Part shown: positions 1 to 12,201 of the stretch, in pieces
Layout: each line of letters begins with the position of its first letter
How positions within the stretch are numbered: the first letter of the stretch is position 1
Assembly: GCA_035370085.1 (NCBI GenBank)
Contig: DAOOVM010000002.1
Coordinates: 1-53,464, forward strand
Length of the DNA: 53,464 nt
Source: Rhodanobacteraceae bacterium
GTDB lineage: Bacteria; Pseudomonadota; Gammaproteobacteria; Xanthomonadales; Rhodanobacteraceae
Direction of reading: 5' to 3'
Notes under the pieces: model-generated
Seen by the model: the letters and a program-made list of their open reading frames with translations, nothing else
The model's database searches: none
Told to the model about the DNA's origin: nothing
Program-made: the position numbers and the translations under genes

Positions 1-2
1 AG

Positions 3-2703
<2,701 letters not shown>

Positions 2704-2801
2704 GCTCCGGGGGCGCCGTCGCCCGTCGCCTGCGCCGCGGCGGCGATGCCCCCACCGAGACTTGCCGCCGCCCGCCCCGCGGCCTTGCCGCAGAGGATGC
2801 G

Positions 2802-3659
2802 ATGAGCGCAGCCAACCCCATCCGCAACGTCTCCGACACGGCCCTGTGGGTGGCTGTGTACCGCGCCGACGAGAGCGAACGACCGGACGCCCTGTTCCGC
2901 GATCCCTTCGCGCGGCGACTGGCCGGCGAACGCGGCGCAGCCATCGTGGCGGCGCTGCCGCAGGGCCGCCGCATGGGCTGGCCCATGGTGGTGCGCACGG
3001 CGGTGATGGACGAGATCGTGCTGCGTTGCGTGCGCGAGGGCGCCGCCACCGTGCTCAACCTCGCCGCAGGACTGGATGCGCGTCCCTACCGCCTGGACCT
3101 GCCGGCCTCGCTGCGCTGGCTGCACGTGGACATGCCGCCGATGGTGGACTATTTCCGCGAACGCATGGCGGGCGAATCGCCGCGCTGCGCGCTGGAGTTC
3201 ATCGGTGCGGACCTGCGCGAGGCGGCTGCACGCGCTGAGGTGCTCGGGCACGCCGCTGCCCGGGGACCGGTGCTGGCGATCACCGAGGGCCTGCTCATCT
3301 ACCTCGGTGCCGACGACGTGGGCGGACTTGCCCGCGCCCTGCACGACGAGGCCGACGCGCGCTGGTGGCTCACCGATCTGGCCTCTCCCCACCTGCTCCG
3401 GTTCGTCGAGAAGAGCTGGTCGCCGGCGCTGCGCGCAGCCAATGCGCCGTTCCGCTTCGCTCCCGCCGAGGGCAGCACCTTCTTCGCACCCTACGGCTGG
3501 CGCGAGTCCGAGTTCCGCTCCACCTGGGACGAATCACTGCGACTCAAGCGCAGCGTGCGCGGCGCCTGGCTGTGGCGCCTGCTGTCGCTGCTGCAGTCGC
3601 CGCGCCAGCGCGAGGCGGGGCGGCGCATGTCGGCCATCGTCCTGCTTGAACGCCGCTGA
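2802..3659 (+). CDS. SAM-dependent methyltransferase (leucine-carboxyl-methyltransferase-like family)
   Basis: VSDTALWVAVYRA..DPFARRLAG, VLNLAAGLDARPYRL and ITEGLLIYL motifs; ATG 2802 with GAGGA SD, in the 3' part of ORF 1422..3659. Confidence 0.85.
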   Translation: MSAANPIRNVSDTALWVAVYRADESERPDALFRDPFARRLAGERGAAIVAALPQGRRMGWPMVVRTAVMDEIVLRCVREGAATVLNLAAGLDARPYRLDLPASLRWLHVDMPPMVDYFRERMAGESPRCALEFIGADLREAAARAEVLGHAAARGPVLAITEGLLIYLGADDVGGLARALHDEADARWWLTDLASPHLLRFVEKSWSPALRAANAPFRFAPAEGSTFFAPYGWRESEFRSTWDESLRLKRSVRGAWLWRLLSLLQSPRQREAGRRMSAIVLLERR

Positions 3660-3698
3660 GCCGGCGCCTCCCCCGCCTCCATCCCGGACCCGACCCCC

Positions 3699-4700
3699 AT
3701 GAGCACACCGTCCAGCTTCCAGGCCTTCCGCATCCACAACGACGCCCAGGGCTACCGCGCCGGGATCGAATCCATCGGCCTGGACCAGCTCTCCCCGGGA
3801 GAGGTCGTGATCAAGGCGGCCTACTCCTCCGTCAATTACAAGGATGCGCTGGCCGGGACCGGCAAGGGCAAGATCCTGCGCGAGTATCCGCGCAACGGCG
3901 GCATCGATGTGGCCGGCTACGTCGTAGCCTCGACCGACCCCGCCTTCCGCGAAGGCGATGCGGTGCTGTGCACCGGCTGCGGCCTGTCCGAAACCCGCGA
4001 CGGCGGCTACGGCGAGTACGCGCGGCTGGAGTCGCAATGGGCCATTCCCCTCCCCGCGGGCCTGTCGCTGCGCGAAAGCATGATCCTTGGCACGGCCGGC
4101 TTCACCGCCGCACTCGCCCTGCACCGCATGGAGCAGAACGAGCAGCGCCCGGACATGGGACCCATCGTGGTCACCGGCGCCAGCGGCGGCGTGGGCATGC
4201 TGGCCATCGACATCCTCACCCGCGCCGGCTACGAGGCCCACGCCATCACCGGCAAACTGGAGCACTTCGACGACCTGATCGCCATCGGCGCCAGGCAGTG
4301 CATCTCGCGCCGCGACCTGCACTGGGGCCAGCGCCCGCTCGAGACCAGCCGCTGGGCCGGCGCCATCGACAACGTGGGCAGCGAGATGCTGGCCGGACTG
4401 ACGCGCGTGATCCATCCCTACGGCAACATTGCCAGCTGCGGTCTGGCGGGCGGCACCGACCTCGCCACCACCGTGATGCCGTTCATCATCCGCGGCGTCA
4501 GCCTGCTCGGTATCGCCTCGGCCGGCACGGCGCGGGCCACGCGCGAGCGCATCTGGGAACGCCTCGCCGGCGACTGGAAGCCGGCGCACCTGGAGCGCAT
4601 CGCGACGCGCGAGGTGACCCTGGCCGAGCTTCCCGACGTGTTCGACGGCATGCTGGCGGGCGGATCCTTCGGCCGCACCGTGGTGCGCATCGGCAGCTGA
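3699..4700 (+). CDS. YhdH/YhfP family NADPH quinone oxidoreductase / acryloyl-CoA reductase AcuI-like
   Basis: YSSVNYKDALA, GTAGFTAAL, VTGASGGVG and TTVMPFIIRGVSLLGI motifs. Confidence 0.9.
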   Translation: MSTPSSFQAFRIHNDAQGYRAGIESIGLDQLSPGEVVIKAAYSSVNYKDALAGTGKGKILREYPRNGGIDVAGYVVASTDPAFREGDAVLCTGCGLSETRDGGYGEYARLESQWAIPLPAGLSLRESMILGTAGFTAALALHRMEQNEQRPDMGPIVVTGASGGVGMLAIDILTRAGYEAHAITGKLEHFDDLIAIGARQCISRRDLHWGQRPLETSRWAGAIDNVGSEMLAGLTRVIHPYGNIASCGLAGGTDLATTVMPFIIRGVSLLGIASAGTARATRERIWERLAGDWKPAHLERIATREVTLAELPDVFDGMLAGGSFGRTVVRIGS

Positions 4701-4781
4701 AGCGGCGCCGCATCGGCATCCACCCTTAGCAACCACCGTCCCGGTGCGAAGCCGTCCACGACAGAGTTCCTGCAGCCACCA

Positions 4782-4810
4782 TTGGACAGGGGCCGGCCGG
4801 CCGGTAGAAT
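4782..4810 (+). promoter_or_regulatory. Putative sigma70 promoter of pilH
   Basis: TTGGAC (4782-4787) N17 TAGAAT (4805-4810). Confidence 0.5.
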
Positions 4811-4855
4811 GCGGCGGGCCGCTCGTCGGCATCACGGGGGAACTACGAGGCAACC

Positions 4856-5221
4856 ATGGCGAGAATCCTGATCGTCGACGACTCCCAGTCCCAGCTGCTT
4901 GGACTGAAGCGCATCGTTGAGAAGCTGGGCCACGAGGTCATCAGCGCCGAAGACGGCGCCGCCGGCGTGGAAGTGGCCAAGCGCGAAATCCCCGACCTGA
5001 TCCTGATGGACGTGGTGATGCCGAACCTCAACGGCTTCCAGGCCACGCGCACGATTTCCAAGGAACCCAAGACCAGCCACATCCCGATCATCCTGGTGAC
5101 CACCAAGGATCAGGAAACGGACCGCGTCTGGGGCATGCGCCAGGGTGCCAAGGCCTACGTGACCAAGCCGGTCAACGAGGCGGAGCTGGTCAAGACCATC
5201 AACGAGCTGCTGGGCAAGTAG
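4856..5221 (+). CDS. pilH: Single-domain response regulator, PilH-type
   Basis: MARILIVDDS, DLILMDVVMPNLNGFQATR, TTKDQETDRVWGMRQGAKAY. Confidence 0.85.
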   Translation: MARILIVDDSQSQLLGLKRIVEKLGHEVISAEDGAAGVEVAKREIPDLILMDVVMPNLNGFQATRTISKEPKTSHIPIILVTTKDQETDRVWGMRQGAKAYVTKPVNEAELVKTINELLGK

Positions 5222-5345
5222 CCCGCGCCTGTCCTGCGGCGGCGCCCGCATCCGCGCCGCCTCCCCACCGCGACGTCGAGGCCGGTGCTGCCGCCCGGTG
5301 CGCCGCGCTGCCTGCCCCGCCCTCTCGCGGGCGCTGGCGAAGGCG

Positions 5346-6227
5346 TCAGTGGCGCGGATCGAAGTTGAATGCTTCCGCCATGCGCCGGTACAGCTCGCGC
5401 TGCGCGTCGGTGGTTGCCGGCGGCACCCGCACCTGCAGCTCGACGTACTGGTCGCCAGCAGACTTGCCCGGCATGCCGCGCCCCTTGAGCCGCAGGCGGC
5501 GGCCGCTGTCCGAACCGGCGGGAATGCGCAGTTCCACCGCCCCGGCCAGGGTCGGCACGGCCACCGTGGCGCCCAGCGCGGCTTCCCAGGGCGCGATCGG
5601 CAGGACCGAGTGCACGTCGCGCCCATCCAGGCTGAAATGCGCGTGCGGACGCAGGGCGATTTCCAGCAACAGGTCACCCGCCGGCCCGCCCTGACTGCCC
5701 GAGCGCCCCTGGCCGGCCAGGCGGATCGTCTGTCCCGGCAGGATGCCGGCCGGGATCTTCACCTCCAGCACGCGCTCGCCCAGGTTCAGGCGCTGCTTGC
5801 CGCCGGCGTAGGCCGTTTCCAGGTCGATCTCCACCGTGGCCTGCAGATCCTGACCTCGGCGCGGACCGGCACGGCCGCCGCGGCCACCCTGGCGCGCAAA
5901 CAGCGACTCGAAGAAATCGCTGAAGCCCCCAGGTCCTTCATCGCCGTTGAAATGGAAGTCGAAGCCCTCGCCGAAATTCGGCGGCGGCTGGAACTCTTCG
6001 CCGGGCCGGTAGCCGCGCGCGCGCAACTGGTCGTAGGCGCGGCGTCGCTGCGGATCCTTGAGCGCTTCCCACGCCTCGTTCACCGCCTTGAACTTGTCCT
6101 CGGCGCCAGCTTCCTTGCTCACGTCCGGGTGGTACTTGCGCGCGAGCTTGCGGTAGGCGGTCTTGAGCTCCGCCTCGCTGGCTTCCGGCGCCACGCCGAG
6201 CACGTCGTAGTAGTCCTTGAACTGCAT
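5346..6227 (-). CDS. cbpA: DnaJ-class co-chaperone, CbpA type
   Basis: J-domain with HPD (KYHPDVSKE), G/F region, no zinc finger, C-terminal PWEAALG. Confidence 0.88.
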   Translation of the reverse strand: MQFKDYYDVLGVAPEASEAELKTAYRKLARKYHPDVSKEAGAEDKFKAVNEAWEALKDPQRRRAYDQLRARGYRPGEEFQPPPNFGEGFDFHFNGDEGPGGFSDFFESLFARQGGRGGRAGPRRGQDLQATVEIDLETAYAGGKQRLNLGERVLEVKIPAGILPGQTIRLAGQGRSGSQGGPAGDLLLEIALRPHAHFSLDGRDVHSVLPIAPWEAALGATVAVPTLAGAVELRIPAGSDSGRRLRLKGRGMPGKSAGDQYVELQVRVPPATTDAQRELYRRMAEAFNFDPRH

Positions 6228-6447
6228 GCATGCACCTCACAGCAATGGTCCGCCCGCGCCGCGGCGTCAGGAGACCGCACGGCGACGTCGGTGGTGCGGC
6301 ACCACCCCATGGGCGCCGGCCTCCAGAATCAGCAGAATCAGCGCCACTCGCCACCGGGCCGCCGTCACGCGCGGGCGCCAAGCAAAGAGCCCGCAGCGGG
6401 TCGCCCCGCCGCAGGCCCATGATGCCTTCCGCGGGTCCAGCCGGGTA

Positions 6448-6894
6448 TCAGCCGGCGATATTGATGCGTCGGGGCGTGGTCTCCGGCTTCTTCGGGATGC
6501 TGATTTCCAGCACGCCGTGCTTGCCGGCAGCCGTGATGTTCTCGGCATCGGCACTGTCCGGCAGGGCGAAGCGGCGATAGAAGAGGCCGTGGCTGCGCTC
6601 GACACGCGTGAAGCCAGCGCCCTGCGCGCTGCTCTCGCTCTTGCGCTCGCCCTTGATCGACAGGATGCCCTTGTCCATGTGCACCTCAATGTCCTTGGGG
6701 TCGACGCCCGGGACGTCAGCCAGGATCACGAAGCGCTTGTCCTCCTCCTTGATGTCCACGCGCGGTGTCCACTGGCTGGTGACGACGTTGGACTGGTCGC
6801 CCTCGTCATTGCTGAAGAAACGGTCGAAAACCTGCTTCATTTCGTCCTGGAAGCGATTGGGCGTGGTCCAGGGCTGGTAACGGGTGATGCTCAT
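6448..6894 (-). CDS. hspA: Small heat shock protein Hsp20/alpha-crystallin
   Basis: PRVDIKEE..ADVPGVDPKDIEV, ERSHGLFYRRFALP, GVLEISIPK, C-terminal IxI. Confidence 0.92.
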   Translation of the reverse strand: MSITRYQPWTTPNRFQDEMKQVFDRFFSNDEGDQSNVVTSQWTPRVDIKEEDKRFVILADVPGVDPKDIEVHMDKGILSIKGERKSESSAQGAGFTRVERSHGLFYRRFALPDSADAENITAAGKHGVLEISIPKKPETTPRRINIAG

Positions 6895-6940
6895 GGCTCC
6901 TCCGCTGCTGAATGGGCGCCCATCGGCGCCGGATACCGCC

Positions 6941-6969
6941 TAGGTAGGTTCGCCCGCCGCGGATTCAAG
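6941..6969 (-). promoter_or_regulatory. Putative RpoH (sigma32) promoter of hsp20
   Basis: Minus strand CTTGAA N14 ACCTACCTA upstream of a heat-shock gene; -35 matches consensus, -10 imperfect. Confidence 0.45.
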
Positions 6970-7043
6970 GCTTATCCCGGCCGCGACACCCGGCTATGAT
7001 CCCGGCCCCGGCGCACGGCCGGACCACCCGCACGGAGACAGGC

Positions 7044-7523
7044 ATGAGCATCCAGATCGGCGACCGCATTCCCGAGGCCACCCTCAACTTCATCCAGGAC
7101 GGCGTGCAGGCCGTGAACACCGGCGAGATCTTCTCCGGTCGCAAGGTGGTGCTGTTCGCCGTGCCGGGGGCGTTCACGCCGACGTGCTCGGCCAAGCACT
7201 TGCCCGGCTATGTGGAGAAATTCGACGAATTCAAAAAGCGCGGCATCGACGTGGCCTGCATGGCGGTCAACGATGCCTTCGTGATGAAGGCCTGGGCCAA
7301 GGACCAGAGCGTGCCCGAGGGCCTGAAGATGCTCGCCGACGGCAATGGCGCCTTCACCAGGGCGCTGGGCCTGGAACTGGACGCCACGCCCTTCGGCATG
7401 GGCCTGCGCGCCAAGCGCTTCGCGCTGTACGCCGAGGACGGCGTGGTCAAGGCCCTCCACGTCGAGGCGCCGGGCGAGTTCAAGGTGTCCAGCGCCGAGG
7501 CCATCCTCGAAAAGATCGCCTGA
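7044..7523 (+). CDS. Peroxiredoxin (Prx5/type II, Redoxin family)
   Basis: FAVPGAFTPTCSAKHLPG active site and VNDAFVMKAW; ATG 7044 with GGAG SD. Confidence 0.93.
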   Translation: MSIQIGDRIPEATLNFIQDGVQAVNTGEIFSGRKVVLFAVPGAFTPTCSAKHLPGYVEKFDEFKKRGIDVACMAVNDAFVMKAWAKDQSVPEGLKMLADGNGAFTRALGLELDATPFGMGLRAKRFALYAEDGVVKALHVEAPGEFKVSSAEAILEKIA

Positions 7524-7610
7524 GTCCGCTGCCGCACCGGCAGGAAGGGCGCCGGGTCGGGAACGATCCCTCCCCGCGCGCCCGCGGCGAATCCGCCGCC
7601 GATCCGGCGA

Positions 7611-10208
7611 TCAGGACAGCGGCGCGGCCGGGTCCGTCGGAGCCGAATCCTCGCCTTCGCCTTCGCCTTCGCCTTCGGATTCGGACCCCGCATCCAGGCG
7701 AACCACGCCGGTCAGGGCCTCTTCGTCGGGCAGGCGGATCAGGGTCACGCCCTGGGTATTGCGCCCCACCCGCGCCACTTCGGCCGCGCGCGTGCGCACG
7801 AGCGTGCCGAGGTTCGACACCAGCATCAGCTCGTGCCCGTCGTCGAGCTGCACCGCCGCCACCAGGGCGCCGTTGCGGTCGGAACACTGGATCGCGATCA
7901 CGCCCTGGGTGCCGCGCCCCTTCTTGGGATACTCCGCCAGCGGCGTGCGCTTGCCGTAGCCGCGCTCGGTGGCGGTGAGAATGTCGCCCTCGCCCTGCGC
8001 CACGATCATGGAAACGACGCTGGCGCCGTCGGTGAGCCGCATGCCGCGCACGCCGGTGGCGTTGCGGCCCATGGCGCGCACCTCCGCTTCGTCGAAGCGC
8101 ACGGACTTGCCGTTGGAGGCAAACAGCAGCACGTCACTGGCGCCGTCGGTGAGCGCGACGTCGACCAGCGCATCGCCCTCATCCAGGCCGATGGCGATCT
8201 TGCCCTTCTGCAGTTGGAAGGCGAACTCCGTCAGGGGCGTCTTCTTCACCGTGCCCTGGCGCGTGGCGAAGAACACGAAGCGTCCCTCGCTGTATTCGCG
8301 CACCGGCAGCACGGCCTGGACCTTCTCGCCCTCCGCCAGCGGCAGCAGGTTGACGATGGGGCGGCCGCGCGCATTCGGGCCGGCATCGGGAATCTGGTAG
8401 ACCTTGAGCCAGTAGACGCGCCCGGTGCTGGTGAAGCCGAGCAGAGTGTCGTGCGTGTTCACCACCCACACCTGGGCGACGAAATCCTCTTCCTTCATGG
8501 CGGTGGCCGAGCGCCCCTTGCCGCCGCGACGCTGGGCGCGGTAGAGGCTGACCGGCTGGCGCTTGACGTAGCCGGTATGCGACAGCGTGACCACCACGTC
8601 CTCGGGCGCGATCAGGTCGAGCACGTCGATGTCTTCCTGGCTCGGCTGGATCACGGTGCGCCGCGCGTCGCCGAACTGCGCCTTGAGATCGACCAGTTCA
8701 CCGCGGATCACCGCCAACAGGCGTGCCGGATCGGAAAGAATGTCGATGTAGCCCTGGATCGCCACCAGCAGGGCCTTGTACTCGTCCGTCAGCTTGTCCT
8801 GCTCCAGCCCGGTCAGGCGGTTCAGGCGCATTTCCAGGATCTCCTTGGCCTGCACCTCGGAGAGCTGGTAGCCGCCTTCGCCCAGACCGGCCTGCGCCTC
8901 GAGGTCTTCCGGCCGTGAAATGCCCGAGCCGGCCGCGCCCAACAGCGCGCTCACCATGCCCGGCTCCCAACGCCGCGCCAGCATGCGCTCCTTGGCCACC
9001 GCCGGCGATTCCGAGGTCTTGATCAGCTCGATCATCGCGTCGATGTTGGCGAGCGCGACCGTGAGTCCTTCCAGAATGTGGGCGCGGGCGCGCGCCTTGC
9101 GCAGTTCGAAGATCGTGCGCCGCGTCACCACCTCGCGGCGGTGCCGCACGAAGGCCTCGAGGATCTCCTTGAGGTTCAGCACCTTTGGCTGGCCGTCCAC
9201 CAGGGCGACCATGTTGATGCCGAACACCACCTGCAGTTGGGTCTGCTGGTACAGATTGTTCAGCAGCACCTCGCCCAGGGTGTCCTTGCGCACCTCGATG
9301 ACGACGCGCATGCCGTCCTTGTCGGACTCGTCGCGCAGCTCGGAGATACCCTCGATGCGCTTTTCCTTCACCAGCTCGGCGATCTTCTCGATCAGCCGCG
9401 CCTTGTTCACCTGATAGGGCAGTTCGGTGACGATGATGGCCTCGCGGCCATTGTCGTCCAGCTCGATCTCCGCCTTGGCGCGCACCAGGATGCGGCCACG
9501 GCCGGTCCTGTAGGCCTCGACGATGCCAGCCGCGCCATTGATGATGCCGGCGGTGGGGAAGTCGGGACCGGGAATGAAGCGCATGAGGTCATCGATGCCC
9601 AGTGCAGGATCGTCGATGAGGGCGACGGTCGCGTCGATGACTTCGGACAGGTTGTGCGGCGGCACGTTAGTGGCCATGCCCACGGCGATGCCGGCCGAAC
9701 CGTTCACGAGCAGGTTCGGCACGCGCGTGGGCAGGACTGTGGGCTCGAGTTCCTTCTCGTCGTAGTTGGGCTGGAAGTCGACCGTTTCCTTGTCGATGTC
9801 GGCCAGCAGTTCGGAGGTCAGGCGGTCCAGACGGCACTCGGTGTAGCGCATGGCCGCCGCGGCGTCGCCGTCCACGGAGCCGAAGTTGCCCTGGCCATCC
9901 ACAAGCATGTAGCGCAGCGAGAACGGCTGCGCCATGCGCACGAGGGTGTCGTACACCGACTGGTCGCCGTGCGGGTGGAATTTGCCGATGACGTCGCCGA
10001 CCACGCGCGCGCACTTCACGTACGGCCGGTTCCACACGTTGTTGAGCTCCTGCATCGCGTACAGGACGCGCCGATGCACCGGCTTGAGGCCGTCGCGCAC
10101 GTCCGGCAGGGCGCGCCCCACGATCACGCTCATGGCGTAATCGAGGTAGCTCTGCTTCATCTCGTCTTCGATGTTGACGCGTATGACTTCTTTGGCCAGC
10201 TCAGCCAT
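7611..10208 (-). CDS. gyrA: DNA gyrase subunit A
   Basis: [17 protein letters not shown], catalytic AAMRYT, GyrA-box QRRGGKG, acidic C-terminal tail; start MAELAKE at 10208. Confidence 0.98.
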   Translation of the reverse strand: MAELAKEVIRVNIEDEMKQSYLDYAMSVIVGRALPDVRDGLKPVHRRVLYAMQELNNVWNRPYVKCARVVGDVIGKFHPHGDQSVYDTLVRMAQPFSLRYMLVDGQGNFGSVDGDAAAAMRYTECRLDRLTSELLADIDKETVDFQPNYDEKELEPTVLPTRVPNLLVNGSAGIAVGMATNVPPHNLSEVIDATVALIDDPALGIDDLMRFIPGPDFPTAGIINGAAGIVEAYRTGRGRILVRAKAEIELDDNGREAIIVTELPYQVNKARLIEKIAELVKEKRIEGISELRDESDKDGMRVVIEVRKDTLGEVLLNNLYQQTQLQVVFGINMVALVDGQPKVLNLKEILEAFVRHRREVVTRRTIFELRKARARAHILEGLTVALANIDAMIELIKTSESPAVAKERMLARRWEPGMVSALLGAAGSGISRPEDLEAQAGLGEGGYQLSEVQAKEILEMRLNRLTGLEQDKLTDEYKALLVAIQGYIDILSDPARLLAVIRGELVDLKAQFGDARRTVIQPSQEDIDVLDLIAPEDVVVTLSHTGYVKRQPVSLYRAQRRGGKGRSATAMKEEDFVAQVWVVNTHDTLLGFTSTGRVYWLKVYQIPDAGPNARGRPIVNLLPLAEGEKVQAVLPVREYSEGRFVFFATRQGTVKKTPLTEFAFQLQKGKIAIGLDEGDALVDVALTDGASDVLLFASNGKSVRFDEAEVRAMGRNATGVRGMRLTDGASVVSMIVAQGEGDILTATERGYGKRTPLAEYPKKGRGTQGVIAIQCSDRNGALVAAVQLDDGHELMLVSNLGTLVRTRAAEVARVGRNTQGVTLIRLPDEEALTGVVRLDAGSESEGEGEGEGEDSAPTDPAAPLS

Positions 10209-10292
10209 CGGCAGGGCAATCCTTTCTGCGGAGGAAGGGCGACGGCCCGGACCGCCTCGGGCAGGCCACAATGCGCGTCGCACAAGCGCCGA

Positions 10293-10301
10293 ATCATACC
10301 A
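10293..10301 (-). promoter_or_regulatory. Putative extended -10 promoter element of gyrA
   Basis: Minus strand TG-G-TATGAT about 85 nt upstream of the gyrA start. Confidence 0.45.
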
Positions 10302-10419
10302 CAGCGGGGGCCAAGACTCGGGGAAATTCCCTGCGCAGTCGGCCAGTTGCGCCACGATCGACACACCACTGCAAGACCGCCGCCGCTACACTGCAGACCC
10401 CGTCTGATGTGCGCCACCG

Positions 10420-11847
10420 ATGCCCCTGCCCAGCCCGCCACCGCGCCCCTGGCGCGAGACGGCGATACTCGCCGCCGCCCTGTGCGCGCTCAAGCTCGCC
10501 CTGCTCGGCGTAGACCCGACAGTGCGTTACTTCCTGGGCGATTCCGCCAGCTATCTGCACAGCGCGCTGACGGGTTGGATTCCTCCCGACCGCTCCTTCC
10601 TCTACGGCTGGATCCTGCGGGTCAGTGCGGTCGCGACGCACCAGATCATGGCCGTTACCCTGCTGCAGAGCCTGTTCGGCGTCGCCACCGCGTGTCTGGT
10701 CTTCGCCATCGCCCGTTGCGACCTCGGTCTGGGACGCCGCGCGTCGGCGGGCCTGGCCCTGCTTCTGGCCATCGAGCCGGCGCAGCTGTTCTACGAGCGC
10801 ATGCTGATGGCCGAGAGCGCGGGAACGCTGTGCCTCATCGCCATGATCGCCGCCGGCCTGGCCTGGCTGCGGCGGCCGCATTGGCTTTGGCCGGGCCTGT
10901 GGGCCCTGGCCGGGATCCTGGCCGTGGCCCTGCGCATGAGCCTGCTGCCGGTGGTCCTGGGATTCGCCCTGCTGCCGCCCCTGGTGGCCTGGCTGGCCGG
11001 CCACCCGGCGGCACCGCGGCGCCGCCTCGCCGCCCACCTCGCCCTGGCGGCGCTCGCCACCTTGTGCGCGCACAAGGCCTACCAGCACCTCTACGGCCGG
11101 CTGGCGCCCAGCCGCCCCGACTACATTGCCGACAGCGGCTACTTCCGCCTCGGCCTGGTCGCGCCGCTGGTCACACCGGCCCAGGTCGCCCGCGTCGGCT
11201 TGCCGCCGGACCTGCTCGACCGGGTCGGTCCGCCGCTGCACGATCCCGCGACGCGCGAGTCGCAGATCTGGTCCGACGATGGGCTGATCGCGCGCGTGCG
11301 CGAGGCCGCTGGCGCCGGCGGTAACCGCGCGGCGCGCAAGCTCGCCGCCTACGCGCTGCGCGAGGATCCGCTCGGCCTCGTGCGCATGGCGGCGTCGACG
11401 CTGCGCGGGTACTTCGAGCCGACAGCGGTGCGGTCCCGCCTGGAGGATGACCTCGGCACGCGCCCGCTCGAGGCGGACACGGCTGGCGACTTGCTGCGCT
11501 GCTGTGGCTACGACGGGCGCGGCGTCGAGGCCAAGCGCAATCCGGTGCTGCGCTGGTTCGCCGCGAGCACGCCCTGGCTGACGCTGTGCTACTTCGGCCT
11601 GGCGCCGCTGGCGCTTGCCGCCGTCGCCGTGCAGTGGCGGCGCCGACGCGCCGCGATGCTGCTGCTCGCGCTGGCCTCTCTGGGCCAGGTGGCGGCCCTG
11701 GCGCTGTTCTCGCACATCGTCTCGTTCCGCTACCTGCATCCACTCCCGGCGCTGTTCCTGCTGGCCTTGGGCGGACTGTGCGGCGGCCTCAACCGCCCGC
11801 CGGCGGCGCCGGATGGCGATGGCGGTAGATCCACCAGCGCGAGCTGA
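10420..11847 (+). CDS. Multi-pass membrane protein, putative GT-C fold glycosyltransferase
   Basis: Many hydrophobic segments, acidic GDSASY in first loop, ERMLMAES motif, large central soluble loop; adjacent to gtrA and GT2; function inferred. Confidence 0.6.
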   Translation: MPLPSPPPRPWRETAILAAALCALKLALLGVDPTVRYFLGDSASYLHSALTGWIPPDRSFLYGWILRVSAVATHQIMAVTLLQSLFGVATACLVFAIARCDLGLGRRASAGLALLLAIEPAQLFYERMLMAESAGTLCLIAMIAAGLAWLRRPHWLWPGLWALAGILAVALRMSLLPVVLGFALLPPLVAWLAGHPAAPRRRLAAHLALAALATLCAHKAYQHLYGRLAPSRPDYIADSGYFRLGLVAPLVTPAQVARVGLPPDLLDRVGPPLHDPATRESQIWSDDGLIARVREAAGAGGNRAARKLAAYALREDPLGLVRMAASTLRGYFEPTAVRSRLEDDLGTRPLEADTAGDLLRCCGYDGRGVEAKRNPVLRWFAASTPWLTLCYFGLAPLALAAVAVQWRRRRAAMLLLALASLGQVAALALFSHIVSFRYLHPLPALFLLALGGLCGGLNRPPAAPDGDGGRSTSAS

Positions 11848-12199
11848 GGTAGTTCACCGTCAGCCCCCCCAGCGAGCCCGCCGCCACGCCCAGCTCGGGC
11901 AAGTGCCGCACCAGGGCGACGTGGTAATACAAGGCGGCATAGACGCTGTAGTTCACCGCGAACCCGCCGCACATGGCGAAGACGTAGCGCGCCCACTCGC
12001 CGAACAGTCCGTAGTGCCGCGCGCCGCGGAAGGTGTGGTGGCGGTTGAACAGCCAGGTCGCGGTGGCCGCGGCAAGGAAGGACAGCAAGCGCGCCGCATA
12101 GGCGTTCCAGCCGAACAGGCTGACAAAGACGCGCAACAATCCGGCATCAACGATGAACCCGATCATGCCGCCGACGCAGAACAGGGCGAGCTGGCGCAT
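11789..12199 (-). CDS. GtrA family membrane protein (putative lipid-linked sugar flippase)
   Basis: 136 aa, 4 TM, FCVGGMIGFIVD, LFNRHHTFR and NYLSSRWWIY patterns. Confidence 0.88.
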   Translation of the reverse strand: MRQLALFCVGGMIGFIVDAGLLRVFVSLFGWNAYAARLLSFLAAATATWLFNRHHTFRGARHYGLFGEWARYVFAMCGGFAVNYSVYAALYYHVALVRHLPELGVAAGSLGGLTVNYLSSRWWIYRHRHPAPPAGG

Positions 12200-12201
12200 G
12201 T

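Noticed and set aside
6325-6343. Short direct repeat CAGAATCAG-CAGAATCAG upstream of cbpA
   Set aside because: Only two units and no recognisable regulator motif; may be chance
7650-7677. (TTCGCC)n hexamer tandem repeat
   Set aside because: Encodes the EGEGEGE acidic C-terminal tail of GyrA; in frame, so not a phase-variation or CRISPR signal
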